From an uncultured Acetobacteraceae bacterium (GTDB lineage: Bacteria > Pseudomonadota > Alphaproteobacteria > Acetobacterales > Acetobacteraceae), in contig CAXTNC010000006.1 in assembly GCA_964245495.1 (NCBI GenBank), positions 1 to 36,559 on the forward strand: a stretch of DNA of 36,559 nucleotides. The letters run 5' to 3'. The position numbers and the translations under genes are program-made. Every line of letters starts with the position of its first letter. The stretch's first letter is position 1. A model generated the notes under the pieces. That model made no database searches. It was given only the letters and a program-made list of their open reading frames with translations, and had not been told where the DNA came from. This document shows positions 27,642 through 35,616 of this stretch, piece by piece.

Positions 27642-28241
27642 ATGGATGCGGCGTGGTTCGCCTCGGCCCTTGCCTTCGCGGTTTCCACGTCGGTGACGCC
27701 CGGTCCGAACAACATGATGCTGACCGCGTCAGGCGCGGCCTGGGGCTTCCGCCGCACGCTGCCGCACATGCTGGGCATCACCATAGGGTTTCCAGTCATG
27801 ATCGCGGCGGTGGCCCTGGGGGCGGGCGGCATCCTGCGCGCGCTGCCCTGGCTGCGCGACGCGATGCGGTGGGTCGGCGCGGCGTATTTTCTTTGGCTGG
27901 CCTGGCAGATCGCTGCGTCCCGCCCGGGATCGGCCGACGCCGCGAGCGGGCGGCCTTTGAGCGCCGCGCAGGCAGCGCTGTTCCAATGGGTCAACCCGAA
28001 AGCCTGGGTCATCGCCCTTGGGGTCGTCGTCACCTACGCCAGCGGTGGCGCGGTCATCGGACGCGCGTTGATGGTGGCGGCCATCTTCGGGATCGTCAGC
28101 GTGGGTTCAACCGCGCTGTGGACCGGAGTGGGAGTCGGCGCCGGGGCGCTGCTGCGCACGCCCCGTGCGCTGCGCCTGTTCAACTTGGCGCTTGCAGCCC
28201 TGCTGGTCGCCTCTCTGTTGCTGCTCTTGCTTGGCGAGTAG
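27642..28241 (+). CDS. LysE-family amino acid exporter
   Basis: TPGPNNMML, GAAYFLWLAWQIA and FQWVNPKAW. Confidence 0.92.
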   Translation: MDAAWFASALAFAVSTSVTPGPNNMMLTASGAAWGFRRTLPHMLGITIGFPVMIAAVALGAGGILRALPWLRDAMRWVGAAYFLWLAWQIAASRPGSADAASGRPLSAAQAALFQWVNPKAWVIALGVVVTYASGGAVIGRALMVAAIFGIVSVGSTALWTGVGVGAGALLRTPRALRLFNLALAALLVASLLLLLLGE

Positions 28242-28246
28242 CGGCC

Positions 28247-29098
28247 TCACCAGACGAAGCGCGCCACCGCCGCCACCGGCGCCAGCCCGGCCGCCGCGGC
28301 CTCGGCGGCAGCGGCTTCGCGGTCGTCCCCGAGCGCCTCCGCGTGCACGCCGCCCAGCACCCAGCAGGAGTCGATCCCCGCCGCGGCGGCGCCGGCGATG
28401 TCCGTGCGCAGCGAGTCGCCCACCGCCAGCGTCCGGCTGCGCTGGGTGCCGAGAAGGTCCAGCACGGGCCGGTAGATGGCCGGGTCCGGCTTGCCCAGGG
28501 AGCGCACCGCGCCGCCCAGCTGCTCGTAGCGCCCGGCCAGCGCGCCGGCGCAGATCACGCGCACGCCGCCGCGGATGACCTCCAGGTCCGGATTCGCGCA
28601 GAGCATGGGCAGGCCGTGGCGGGCGCAATCCCGCAGCATTTCCTCGAAAGGGGCGAGGCTGGTCGGGCCGAGATGGTCGTCCGGGCCGGTGTTCAGCACG
28701 AACTGCGCGTCGCCGGGGGTTGCCGCCTCGTGCAGGCCCAGCCCGTCCATCAGGTTGCGGTCGCGCTCGGGGCCAATGTGCCACACGCGGTCGCCCAGGG
28801 CGGCGAACCACGGGTCGGCGCGGTCCCGCAGGGCCAGGTGCGCCGCCTCGCCCGAGGTGAGCAGGCCGGCGTACAGCTCCGGCCCGAGCCCCATCTCCGC
28901 CAGCATGGCCTCCGCCGCGTGGGCGCGGCGCGGCGCGTTGGACAGCAGCACGCAGCGCCGCCCGGCGTCGCGCAGCCGGCGCAGGCAGTCCGCTGCGCCC
29001 CCGTAGGGCCGCATGCCGTCGTGGATCACGCCCCACAGGTCCAGGATGAAGCCGTCGTACTGGGCCGCGAGCGGAGCCATGCCCGGCAGCGCCCTCAT
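28247..29098 (-). CDS. HAD-superfamily class IIA hydrolase (TIGR01459-like)
   Basis: DLWGVIHDG, LSNAPR, CANPD, GKPDPAIY and VGDSLRTDIAGA. ATGA overlap with pyrD. Confidence 0.92.
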   Translation of the reverse strand: MRALPGMAPLAAQYDGFILDLWGVIHDGMRPYGGAADCLRRLRDAGRRCVLLSNAPRRAHAAEAMLAEMGLGPELYAGLLTSGEAAHLALRDRADPWFAALGDRVWHIGPERDRNLMDGLGLHEAATPGDAQFVLNTGPDDHLGPTSLAPFEEMLRDCARHGLPMLCANPDLEVIRGGVRVICAGALAGRYEQLGGAVRSLGKPDPAIYRPVLDLLGTQRSRTLAVGDSLRTDIAGAAAAGIDSCWVLGGVHAEALGDDREAAAAEAAAAGLAPVAAVARFVW

Positions 29099-30138
29099 GC
29101 GCCGGTTCCCACCGCCTCGGCCGCGCTGCGGAACCCTTCGCGCCTCAGGGCGGCGGCAAGCTCCGCCTTCAGCCGGGGCAGCAGCGCCGGGCCGTGCACG
29201 GCGAAGGCGGCGTAAAGCTGCACCACCTGCGCGCCCGCCCGCAGCTTGGCCAGCACGTCCGCCCCCGTGGACACCCCGCCGCAGCCGATCAGCGCCAGCC
29301 GTCCCCCTGCCAGCCGCCATGCCTGGGCGAGCAGGGCGGTGGAGGGCGCCATCAGCGGCGGCCCGGACAGCCCGCCCACCTCCGCCGCGTGCCGGCCGCC
29401 CAGCCCGGGCGGCCGGGCGGTGGTGGTGTTGGACACGATCAGCCCGGCGATGCCGCAATCCAAGGCGACCGCCACCACGCTTTCCAGACCGCCCGGCGGC
29501 AGGTCGGGCGCCACCTTCACGAACACCGGCGGGCGCTCAGGCACGGCCATCACCGCCCGCAGGATCGCCCGCAGCCGCGTCGCCTCCTGCAAGTCCCGCA
29601 GCCCGGCGGTGTTGGGGGAGCTGACGTTCAGCACGGCGTAGCCGGCACGGCCGGCCACGGCGGCGACCAGCGCCGGATAGTCGCGCTCCGGCTCGGCGCC
29701 CTCCTTGTTGATGCCGACGTTGGCGCCGAGCAGGGTGTCCGCCGCGGGATGCAGCCGGGCAAGCCGCTGGGCGAACGCGGCGATGCCGTGGTTGTTCATG
29801 CCCATCCGGTTGATCACCGCGCCCCCCTCCAGCCGGAACAGCCGAGGCCGCGCGTTGCCCGGCTGCGGCCGCGGCGTGACCGTGCCCAGCTCCACCGCGC
29901 CGAAGCCGAGCCGCAGCAGCCCCGGGGCGGCGACCGCGTCCTTGTCGAACCCGGCAGCCAGGCCGATCGGGTTGCGCAGGGTGCGCCCGAGGATGGTGGC
30001 GGCAAGCACCAGGTCGTCCGCAGGCGGAGCGCGCCCGGCCAAGCCCAGCTGCAAGGCCCGCAGGGCGAGGCGGTGCGCCCGCTCCGGGTCGATCCGGCGC
30101 AGCGCGGGCAGCAGGGCGGAGGCGATGGCTGGGGTCAT
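29095..30138 (-). CDS. pyrD: Quinone-dependent dihydroorotate dehydrogenase (class 2)
   Basis: DPERAH, NPIGLAAGFDK, QPGNARPRLFRL, INRMGMNN, NVSSPNTAGLRDLQ, KVAPD, SNTT and GGLSG. Confidence 0.95.
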   Translation of the reverse strand: MTPAIASALLPALRRIDPERAHRLALRALQLGLAGRAPPADDLVLAATILGRTLRNPIGLAAGFDKDAVAAPGLLRLGFGAVELGTVTPRPQPGNARPRLFRLEGGAVINRMGMNNHGIAAFAQRLARLHPAADTLLGANVGINKEGAEPERDYPALVAAVAGRAGYAVLNVSSPNTAGLRDLQEATRLRAILRAVMAVPERPPVFVKVAPDLPPGGLESVVAVALDCGIAGLIVSNTTTARPPGLGGRHAAEVGGLSGPPLMAPSTALLAQAWRLAGGRLALIGCGGVSTGADVLAKLRAGAQVVQLYAAFAVHGPALLPRLKAELAAALRREGFRSAAEAVGTGA

Positions 30139-30191
30139 GCTGGGTCCGGGTGGGGCTTGCCACGCTGCCCGGTTTGGCCGATGGGCGGCGG

Positions 30192-30452
30192 ATGTGGGAC
30201 GAACCTTACCTGGAAACCTGCTGCCGGTCAGCCCTTCACCGCCTGCTGCTGGTGGGACCCTCCGGCCGCCCTGGCGGATTGAAGGACGGGCCGTGCCTGT
30301 CCCGCTTGTCAGGCCTCGGCTTCGCCAGGGAACGCCCGGACGGACGCTACGAGGTGACGCAAGCGGGAGCCGCGCGCCACGCCGAGGAGATCGCCCCCAC
30401 GGCGGACGCCAAGAAGCGGCGGCGCCGGGCCGGGTTGGCGGCAGCCCGGTGA
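30192..30452 (+). CDS. Small hypothetical protein (Cys-containing, winged-helix-like)
   Basis: MWDEPYLETCCRSALHRL...CLSRLSGLGFARERPDGRYEVTQAG. Divergent from pyrD and fills the gap exactly. Confidence 0.65.
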   Translation: MWDEPYLETCCRSALHRLLLVGPSGRPGGLKDGPCLSRLSGLGFARERPDGRYEVTQAGAARHAEEIAPTADAKKRRRRAGLAAAR

Positions 30453-30797
30453 TCAGCCCGCCTCGTCGCGCCCGTGCACGGCGGCGGGCGGGGTGGTCGC
30501 TTCCACGGCGGTGAACGCTTCCAGGATCTTGTAGCTGTGCTCGGCGCCGCGCGGCACGATCCAGGAGTTGCCGGGTTCCAGCACGATGACCTGCCCTTCG
30601 GTGTGCAGCTCCGCCCGTCCGCTGATGGCGTAGCCGGCGCAGTCGTAGTCCCGCCGGACCGGCGGCTGGTCGGCGCCGGGGGCAACCTCCCGCCACATCC
30701 GCATCGCGATGTTCTTGCCGGTGGCCAGGTACACCTGGCCGTCCGGCCCGTGCGGGGAATGGCGGCTGTCCACCTTGATGACGGTCGTGTCGGCCAT
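30453..30797 (-). CDS. Cupin domain protein
   Basis: AMRMW, GYAISGRAEL and LEPGNSWIVPRGAEHSY. RBS AAGGAG. Confidence 0.88.
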   Translation of the reverse strand: MADTTVIKVDSRHSPHGPDGQVYLATGKNIAMRMWREVAPGADQPPVRRDYDCAGYAISGRAELHTEGQVIVLEPGNSWIVPRGAEHSYKILEAFTAVEATTPPAAVHGRDEAG

Positions 30798-30823
30798 GTC
30801 CGCTCTCCTTGTCCGGGGGCGCG

Positions 30824-30849
30824 AACGCAGCGGCGGAGCGGGAGGTTGC
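30824..30849 (-). promoter_or_regulatory. Possible EcfG (general stress response) promoter of the cupin gene
   Basis: GCAAC-N17-CGTT on the - strand, close to the GGAAC-N16/17-CGTT consensus. Confidence 0.4.
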
Positions 30850-30857
30850 AGCGCCGC

Positions 30858-31091
30858 CTAGCCCAGCGGGGCCGCCACCAGCCGGTCCGCGTCCTCCGCG
30901 ATGCACAGCACGCCGCTGCCGCCGGTTGCGCTGGCCAGCACCATGTCGCCGCCGGCCAGCATGTCCGTGGCCTCGTCGAAGTAGCCCGGCTTGCGCAGGG
31001 CCTGCAGGGTGTCCTGCTCCGCCTTGTAGTGCCACAGCGTGAAGCCGTTGGCGTAGGCGAGCACGGACAGGTTGCGGACAGCGAAGCTCAT
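30858..31091 (-). CDS. Conserved small hypothetical protein (NLSVLAYANGFTLWHY family), phage/GTA-associated by recollection
   Basis: MSFAVRNLSVLAYANGFTLWHYK...GYFDEATDML..GDMV; good codon usage and a purine-rich RBS region. Confidence 0.75.
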   Translation of the reverse strand: MSFAVRNLSVLAYANGFTLWHYKAEQDTLQALRKPGYFDEATDMLAGGDMVLASATGGSGVLCIAEDADRLVAAPLG

Positions 31092-31130
31092 GATTGATCA
31101 ACTTTCTTTTAGGAAAACAGTCTTATCAGT

Positions 31131-31177
31131 CCGTCCGCTCAGCGGACGATGCTGCCCGTCCGCTCAGCGGACGATGC
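31131..31177. repeat. Tandem 22-bp direct repeat of a palindromic unit
   Basis: CCGTCCGCTCAGCGGACGATGC at 31131-31152 and 31156-31177. Each copy contains the inverted repeat CGTCCGCT-C-AGCGGACG. Confidence 0.9.
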
Positions 31178-31520
31178 CGCGCGCCCGCAACGCCCACTCC
31201 AGTTGCCCGAGCGCCTGGTGCCAGAGACGGTGGTCCGACCGCTGGCCCGGACGGTCCGGGCGGGGGGCGGCCTGCCGCTCGCCCCAGATGCGCAGGATGC
31301 GGGCGTGCAGCAGCTCGATGCTGCGCTGGCGGTACAGCACGTCCAGGCAGCGGACCACGTCGTCCGGGTCGCAGGGCCGGGCCGGGCCGTCCGGCCGCCA
31401 GGACACGCCGGCGCCGTCCCGCCGGGCAAGCAAGGCGGCGACGGTCCAGAACCACGCCTCCTGGGCGCTGTGGAACGGCAAGGTGGCGTCCGGGTCGTGC
31501 GTGCGGCGAAGGGCGAGCAT
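31164..31520 (-). CDS. Conserved hypothetical protein (PFxSAxEAWFW / RPCxPDD family)
   Basis: PFHSAQEAWFWT...RPCDPDDVVRCLDVLYRQR...ILRIWGERQ...LW..AL..L...LRARGIV. RBS AGAGG before ATG 31520. Confidence 0.8.
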   Translation of the reverse strand: MLALRRTHDPDATLPFHSAQEAWFWTVAALLARRDGAGVSWRPDGPARPCDPDDVVRCLDVLYRQRSIELLHARILRIWGERQAAPRPDRPGQRSDHRLWHQALGQLEWALRARGIVR

Positions 31521-31537
31521 GTCAGCCTCTGGGATTG

Positions 31538-31552
31538 GAACAGGACAGGAAC
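31538..31552 (-). promoter_or_regulatory. Alphaproteobacterial LexA (SOS) box
   Basis: GAAC-AGGACAG-GAAC, which is GTTC-N7-GTTC on the - strand, 17 nt upstream of ATG 31520. Confidence 0.7.
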
Positions 31553-31666
31553 ATAAACCCACACGCTGCATACGGTCGCAAGAAAGATCGGCGTTAATTC
31601 CTATTTGGACTGGTGTGAAATCCTGCGGCGCGGTATGGCGAGCCAGGAGGAAGCCTGGGGAAGGCC

Positions 31667-32314
31667 GTGAAGCACGAGGACATCTGGCGCGCGCTCGACA
31701 CGCTGGCGGCCGAGAACGGGCTGTCCGTTTCGGCCCTGGCGCGGCAGTCGGGGCTGGACCCGACCACGTTCAACCCGTCCAAGCGCCGCATGACGGACGG
31801 GCGGGCGCGCTGGCCCAGCACCGAAAGCCTGGCCAAGGTGCTCAACGCCACCGGCGCCAGCCTGGAAGCGTTCGCCGCCCTGGTGTCCGGCGCCCGCGCC
31901 ATGACGTCCAGCGCCCGCGCCACCCAGCAGCGCCGCATTCCCCTCATCGGCCTGGCGCAGGCCGGGTCGGACGGCTTCTTCGACGATGGCGGCTACCCGG
32001 TCGGCGGCAGTTGGGACGAGGTGAGCCTGCCGGAGATCAGCGACCTCAACGCCTACGCGCTGGAGATCTCAGGCGCCTCCATGGAGCCGGTGTTCCGCGA
32101 CGGCGACGTGGTGATCGTCTCGCCCGCCGCCCCCATCCGCCGCGGCGACCGCGTGGTGGTCCGCACGGCGGCTGGCGAGGTGATGGCCAAGCAGCTCGCC
32201 CGGCAGTCGGCGCGCCGGGTGGAGCTGAAAAGCCTGAACCCGGCGCACAAGGACCGCAGCTTCGACCTGCGGGAGGTGGCGTGGGTCCACCGCATCGTCT
32301 GGGCCAGCCAGTGA
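31667..32314 (+). CDS. HTH + S24 peptidase transcriptional repressor (LexA/cI-like)
   Basis: N-terminal HTH (SALARQSGLDPTTFNPSKR...WPSTES), Ala-Gly cleavage site AQAG, catalytic Ser in GASMEP and Lys in MAKQL. Confidence 0.92.
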   Translation: MKHEDIWRALDTLAAENGLSVSALARQSGLDPTTFNPSKRRMTDGRARWPSTESLAKVLNATGASLEAFAALVSGARAMTSSARATQQRRIPLIGLAQAGSDGFFDDGGYPVGGSWDEVSLPEISDLNAYALEISGASMEPVFRDGDVVIVSPAAPIRRGDRVVVRTAAGEVMAKQLARQSARRVELKSLNPAHKDRSFDLREVAWVHRIVWASQ

Positions 32315-32322
32315 ACGGCGGA

Positions 32323-32347
32323 GAAACGACTGCAGCCACGCTGCGTT
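32323..32347 (+). promoter_or_regulatory. Possible EcfG-type promoter
   Basis: GAAAC-N16-CGTT about 35 nt upstream of ATG 32382. Confidence 0.35.
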
Positions 32348-32381
32348 CATCCCGCTCCGACAACTGCCCGAAGGATTCCTC

Positions 32382-32843
32382 ATGACCCGTTCGACCCGCC
32401 GCGCGATTGGAGGCCTCGCCCTGTGCGCCGGTGTCGCCGCAGCCCTGCCAGCCATGGCGGCGGCTGACCCGGCGGCGCCCGGCCCGGTTGACGGCCGGGT
32501 GACCATCAACGCCCATTCGGCGGCCCTCGGGGTCGGCTGGGACTGGGGCGGCGGCGTGCTCACCTATCAGCACCACACCTACCATTTCGACATCAAGGGC
32601 CTGACGGTGGCGGCCGTCGGCTACAGCAGCATCGTGGGGCATGGCCGGGTCTACAACCTGCGCCGCATAGGCGACTTCACGGGCACCTACGCTTCCTCCA
32701 CGGGCGCGGTCACCGCGGGCAAGGGCATCGGCGGCCAGGCCCTGATCAACGGCCAGGGCGTGCAGCTGCGGATCGACGACGTGACGCGCGGGGCCGAGCT
32801 GTCCGGCTCGGCCGACGGCATCCAGATCTCGCTGCGGCGCTGA
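32382..32843 (+). CDS. Exported hypothetical protein (DUF1134/EipA-like, beta-rich)
   Basis: Signal peptide; GVGWDWGGGVLTY...GLTV...GRVYNL....DFTGTY. Confidence 0.7.
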   Translation: MTRSTRRAIGGLALCAGVAAALPAMAAADPAAPGPVDGRVTINAHSAALGVGWDWGGGVLTYQHHTYHFDIKGLTVAAVGYSSIVGHGRVYNLRRIGDFTGTYASSTGAVTAGKGIGGQALINGQGVQLRIDDVTRGAELSGSADGIQISLRR

Positions 32844-32846
32844 CGC

Positions 32847-33578
32847 ATGAGGGCCGGGATGCCTGGTCCCATCCTGGCCGCCTTCTGCCTCCTCGCGGCG
32901 TCCCGTTCCCAGGCGGCGGCCCCAACCGTTGACCTGGCCCTGGTGCTGGTGACGGACGTGTCGCGCTCCATCGACGACAGCGAGTTCAAGCTGGAGAAGC
33001 AGGGCTACGCGGCGGCATTCTCCGATGCCAAGGTGCAGGCGGCCATCCAGGGCGGCCCGGCAGGGCAGATCGCGGTGGCCTACGTCGAGTTCTCCGGCGC
33101 CGAGCAGGTCAGCACGGTGCTGGACTGGTCCACCATCTCGGACGCGGCCTCCGCCGAGGGATGGGCGGCCCGGCTGGTGGCGGCGCCCCGCAGCTCCTAC
33201 GGCCGCACGGCGATCGGCTCCGGCTTGGACCGTGCCGCCGCCCTGCTGGCCGCAGGCGGGTTCGGGGACGCGCGGCAAGTGATCGACGTGGCCGGGGACG
33301 GGACCAGCAACGCCGGCCGGCCGGTCACGGAAGCGCGGGACGCGGCGGTGGAGGAGGGCATCACGGTGAACGGGCTTGCCATCATCAACGAGCACCCGGT
33401 GTCCTACACCTTCGCCCACGTGCAGCCGCCGGGCGGCCTGGCCGGCTGGTACCGGGAGAACGTCGCTGGCGGACCCGGCTGCTTCGTGGTCGAGGTGCAT
33501 GACTTCGCGGCCTTCGGGGCGGCGGTGAGCCGCAAGCTGGCCAGCGAGATCGCCGGCCTGCCGGCCAGGCGCGGATAG
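32847..33578 (+). CDS. DUF1194 (vWA-like) exported protein
   Basis: VDLALVLVTDVSRSID (MIDAS-like DxSxS), VIDVAGDGTSNAG, ITVNGLAI and GGPGCFV. Start 32847 or 32859. Confidence 0.88.
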   Translation: MRAGMPGPILAAFCLLAASRSQAAAPTVDLALVLVTDVSRSIDDSEFKLEKQGYAAAFSDAKVQAAIQGGPAGQIAVAYVEFSGAEQVSTVLDWSTISDAASAEGWAARLVAAPRSSYGRTAIGSGLDRAAALLAAGGFGDARQVIDVAGDGTSNAGRPVTEARDAAVEEGITVNGLAIINEHPVSYTFAHVQPPGGLAGWYRENVAGGPGCFVVEVHDFAAFGAAVSRKLASEIAGLPARRG

Positions 33579-33589
33579 GGAGGCTTTCC

Positions 33590-34555
33590 ATGGAACAGCG
33601 CAGGCTGGGCCGCTCGGGCCTGCAAGTCTCGGCCGTTGGCCTGGGCTGCAACAACTTCGGCGGCCGGATCGGGCTGGAGGAAGCGCGGGCGGTGGTGCAC
33701 GCGGCGCTGGACGCCGGCGTCACCCTGTTCGACACGGCGGACGTGTACGGCTCGCTCGGCATCGGCGACCGCGTCAGCCGCAAGGGCGCGTCCGAGGAGA
33801 TCCTGGGGGCCGTGCTGGGGACCAAGCGGCGCGACGTGGTGGTGGCCACCAAGTTCGCCCTGCCGATGGACGCGAGCGGCCGCCGGCAGGGCGCCTCCCG
33901 CCGCCACATCGTCCAAGCGGCGGAGGACAGCCTGGCCCGGCTCGGCACCGACTGGATCGACCTTTACCAGCAGCACGCGCCCGACCCGCAGACGCCGATC
34001 GGGGAAACCTTGTCCGCGCTGGACGACCTGGTCCGCGCCGGCAAGGTGCGGTACGTCGGATGCTCCAACTTCCCTGCCTGGCAGGTGGCGGACGCGATGT
34101 GGACGGCCCATGACCGCCGGCTGACCCCGTTCGTGTCCTGCCAGGACGAGCTGTCCGTGCTGGTGCGCGGCGCGGAAAACGAGCTGCTGCCGGCCATGGA
34201 GCGGTTCGGCCTGGGGCTGCTGCCGTACTTCCCGCTGGCCAGCGGCCTGCTGACGGGCAAGTACCGCCGCAGCGAAGCCATGCCGGAGGGCGCGCGGCTG
34301 ACCAACGCCAAGGCGCTGGCCGACCGTTACCTGACGGACGCGCATTGGCCCCGGGTGGAAGCCTTGTCGGGCTTCTGCGCCGCCCATGGGCGCACGCTGC
34401 TGGAACTGGCGTTCGGCTGGCTGCTGTCCCGCGGGCCGGTGGCCAGCGTGATCGCCGGGGCGACGCAGGTGGAGCAGGTGCGGCAGAACGCGGCGGCCGG
34501 GGCCTGGCGGCTGTCGGCGGAGGAGCTGGCCGAGGTGGACGCGATCACGGGGTAG
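33590..34555 (+). CDS. Aldo/keto reductase
   Basis: GLGCNNFG, FDTADVYG, ATKF, SLARLGTDWIDLYQQH, GKVRYVGCSN and PLASGLLTGKY. Confidence 0.95.
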   Translation: MEQRRLGRSGLQVSAVGLGCNNFGGRIGLEEARAVVHAALDAGVTLFDTADVYGSLGIGDRVSRKGASEEILGAVLGTKRRDVVVATKFALPMDASGRRQGASRRHIVQAAEDSLARLGTDWIDLYQQHAPDPQTPIGETLSALDDLVRAGKVRYVGCSNFPAWQVADAMWTAHDRRLTPFVSCQDELSVLVRGAENELLPAMERFGLGLLPYFPLASGLLTGKYRRSEAMPEGARLTNAKALADRYLTDAHWPRVEALSGFCAAHGRTLLELAFGWLLSRGPVASVIAGATQVEQVRQNAAAGAWRLSAEELAEVDAITG

Positions 34556-34649
34556 CCGCGTCGATCACGTAAACCGGCGCAATGAGACAATTCGCTGCGC
34601 CGCGCGTCTAATGCGCTAAGGTGCACAGGCACCAAAAGGAGATCGCCCG

Positions 34650-35564
34650 ATGTTCATGCGAATCGACAAGTTGCAGGCGGCCTTGCCGGAGCCGACCGAG
34701 CCCAACCCCAACGCGGCCGCGGCCTTGCAGGAGCTGCTCGGCGGCAAGTACGGCGAGATGTCCACGCTCGGCAACTACATGTTCCAAAGCTTCAACTTCC
34801 GCAGCAAGACCAAGCTGCGCCCGTTCTACAGCCTGGTGAACTCGATCTTCAGCGAGGAGCTGGGCCACGTGGAGCTGGTCAGCTCCGGCATCGCCATGCT
34901 CGCCAACGGGCCGGGCAACCAGACGTCCAACATGGACGTCAGCGGCGCCCCGTTCGAGGACATGCAGGACACCGTCCTGCCAGGCGCGTTCCTGTCCAAC
35001 GGCGGCGGCGCCACCCCGGTCAACTCCAACGGCCTGTCGTGGAACGTGGACATGGTGACCACGACGGGCAACGTGATCATCGACCTGCTGCACAACTTCC
35101 ACCTGGAATGCGGCGCGCGCATCCACAAGCTGCGCGTCTACGAGACCATGCGCGAGCCGACCGGCCGCGAGGTGTGCGGCTACCTGCTGGTCCGCGGCTC
35201 CGTCCACGCCCATGCCTACGCGTTGGCGCTGAAGCAGCTGACGGGCGTCGCGATCGAGAAGATGCTGCCGACTCCGAACATCAACCTGAGCCGCATCCCC
35301 GAGTGCCAGAAGTACCTGCAGGAAGGCAGCCATCGCCGCCTGTACAAGTTCAGCCCGCACGACTACTCGGAAGCCGCAGGCATCTGGGGCAACGGCGAGC
35401 AGGCCCTGCCGGGCGACCCGCCGGGCGAGCTGGAACTGGTGGACGGCCACCCGGAAGGCGGCAAGATCCCGGAGCTGCTCGGCAACTACGGCGCGTTCGC
35501 TCCGGATTACGCGCCGGAGGAGATGTTCGAGATCGCCACCAAGCTCTACCAGAAGTCCCGCTGA
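34650..35564 (+). CDS. Manganese catalase family protein
   Basis: LQELLGGKYGEMST, EELGHVELV, HNFHLECGAR and RGSVHAHAY. RBS AAGGAG. Confidence 0.92.
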   Translation: MFMRIDKLQAALPEPTEPNPNAAAALQELLGGKYGEMSTLGNYMFQSFNFRSKTKLRPFYSLVNSIFSEELGHVELVSSGIAMLANGPGNQTSNMDVSGAPFEDMQDTVLPGAFLSNGGGATPVNSNGLSWNVDMVTTTGNVIIDLLHNFHLECGARIHKLRVYETMREPTGREVCGYLLVRGSVHAHAYALALKQLTGVAIEKMLPTPNINLSRIPECQKYLQEGSHRRLYKFSPHDYSEAAGIWGNGEQALPGDPPGELELVDGHPEGGKIPELLGNYGAFAPDYAPEEMFEIATKLYQKSR

Positions 35565-35585
35565 CGCTGGAGGCCCTTCACCCCC

Positions 35586-35616
35586 GCCATGCCACGGTGT
35601 AACGCCGTGGCATGGC
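35586..35616. other. Perfect 12-bp stem-loop covering the mutS start codon
   Basis: GCCATGCCACGG-TGTAACG-CCGTGGCATGGC; the mutS ATG (35612-35614) lies in the 3' arm. Confidence 0.7.

Noticed and set aside
30858-32314. Intact prophage
   Set aside because: No integrase, replication, terminase or tail genes, and the flanks are housekeeping genes. Kept only as a domesticated-switch hypothesis.
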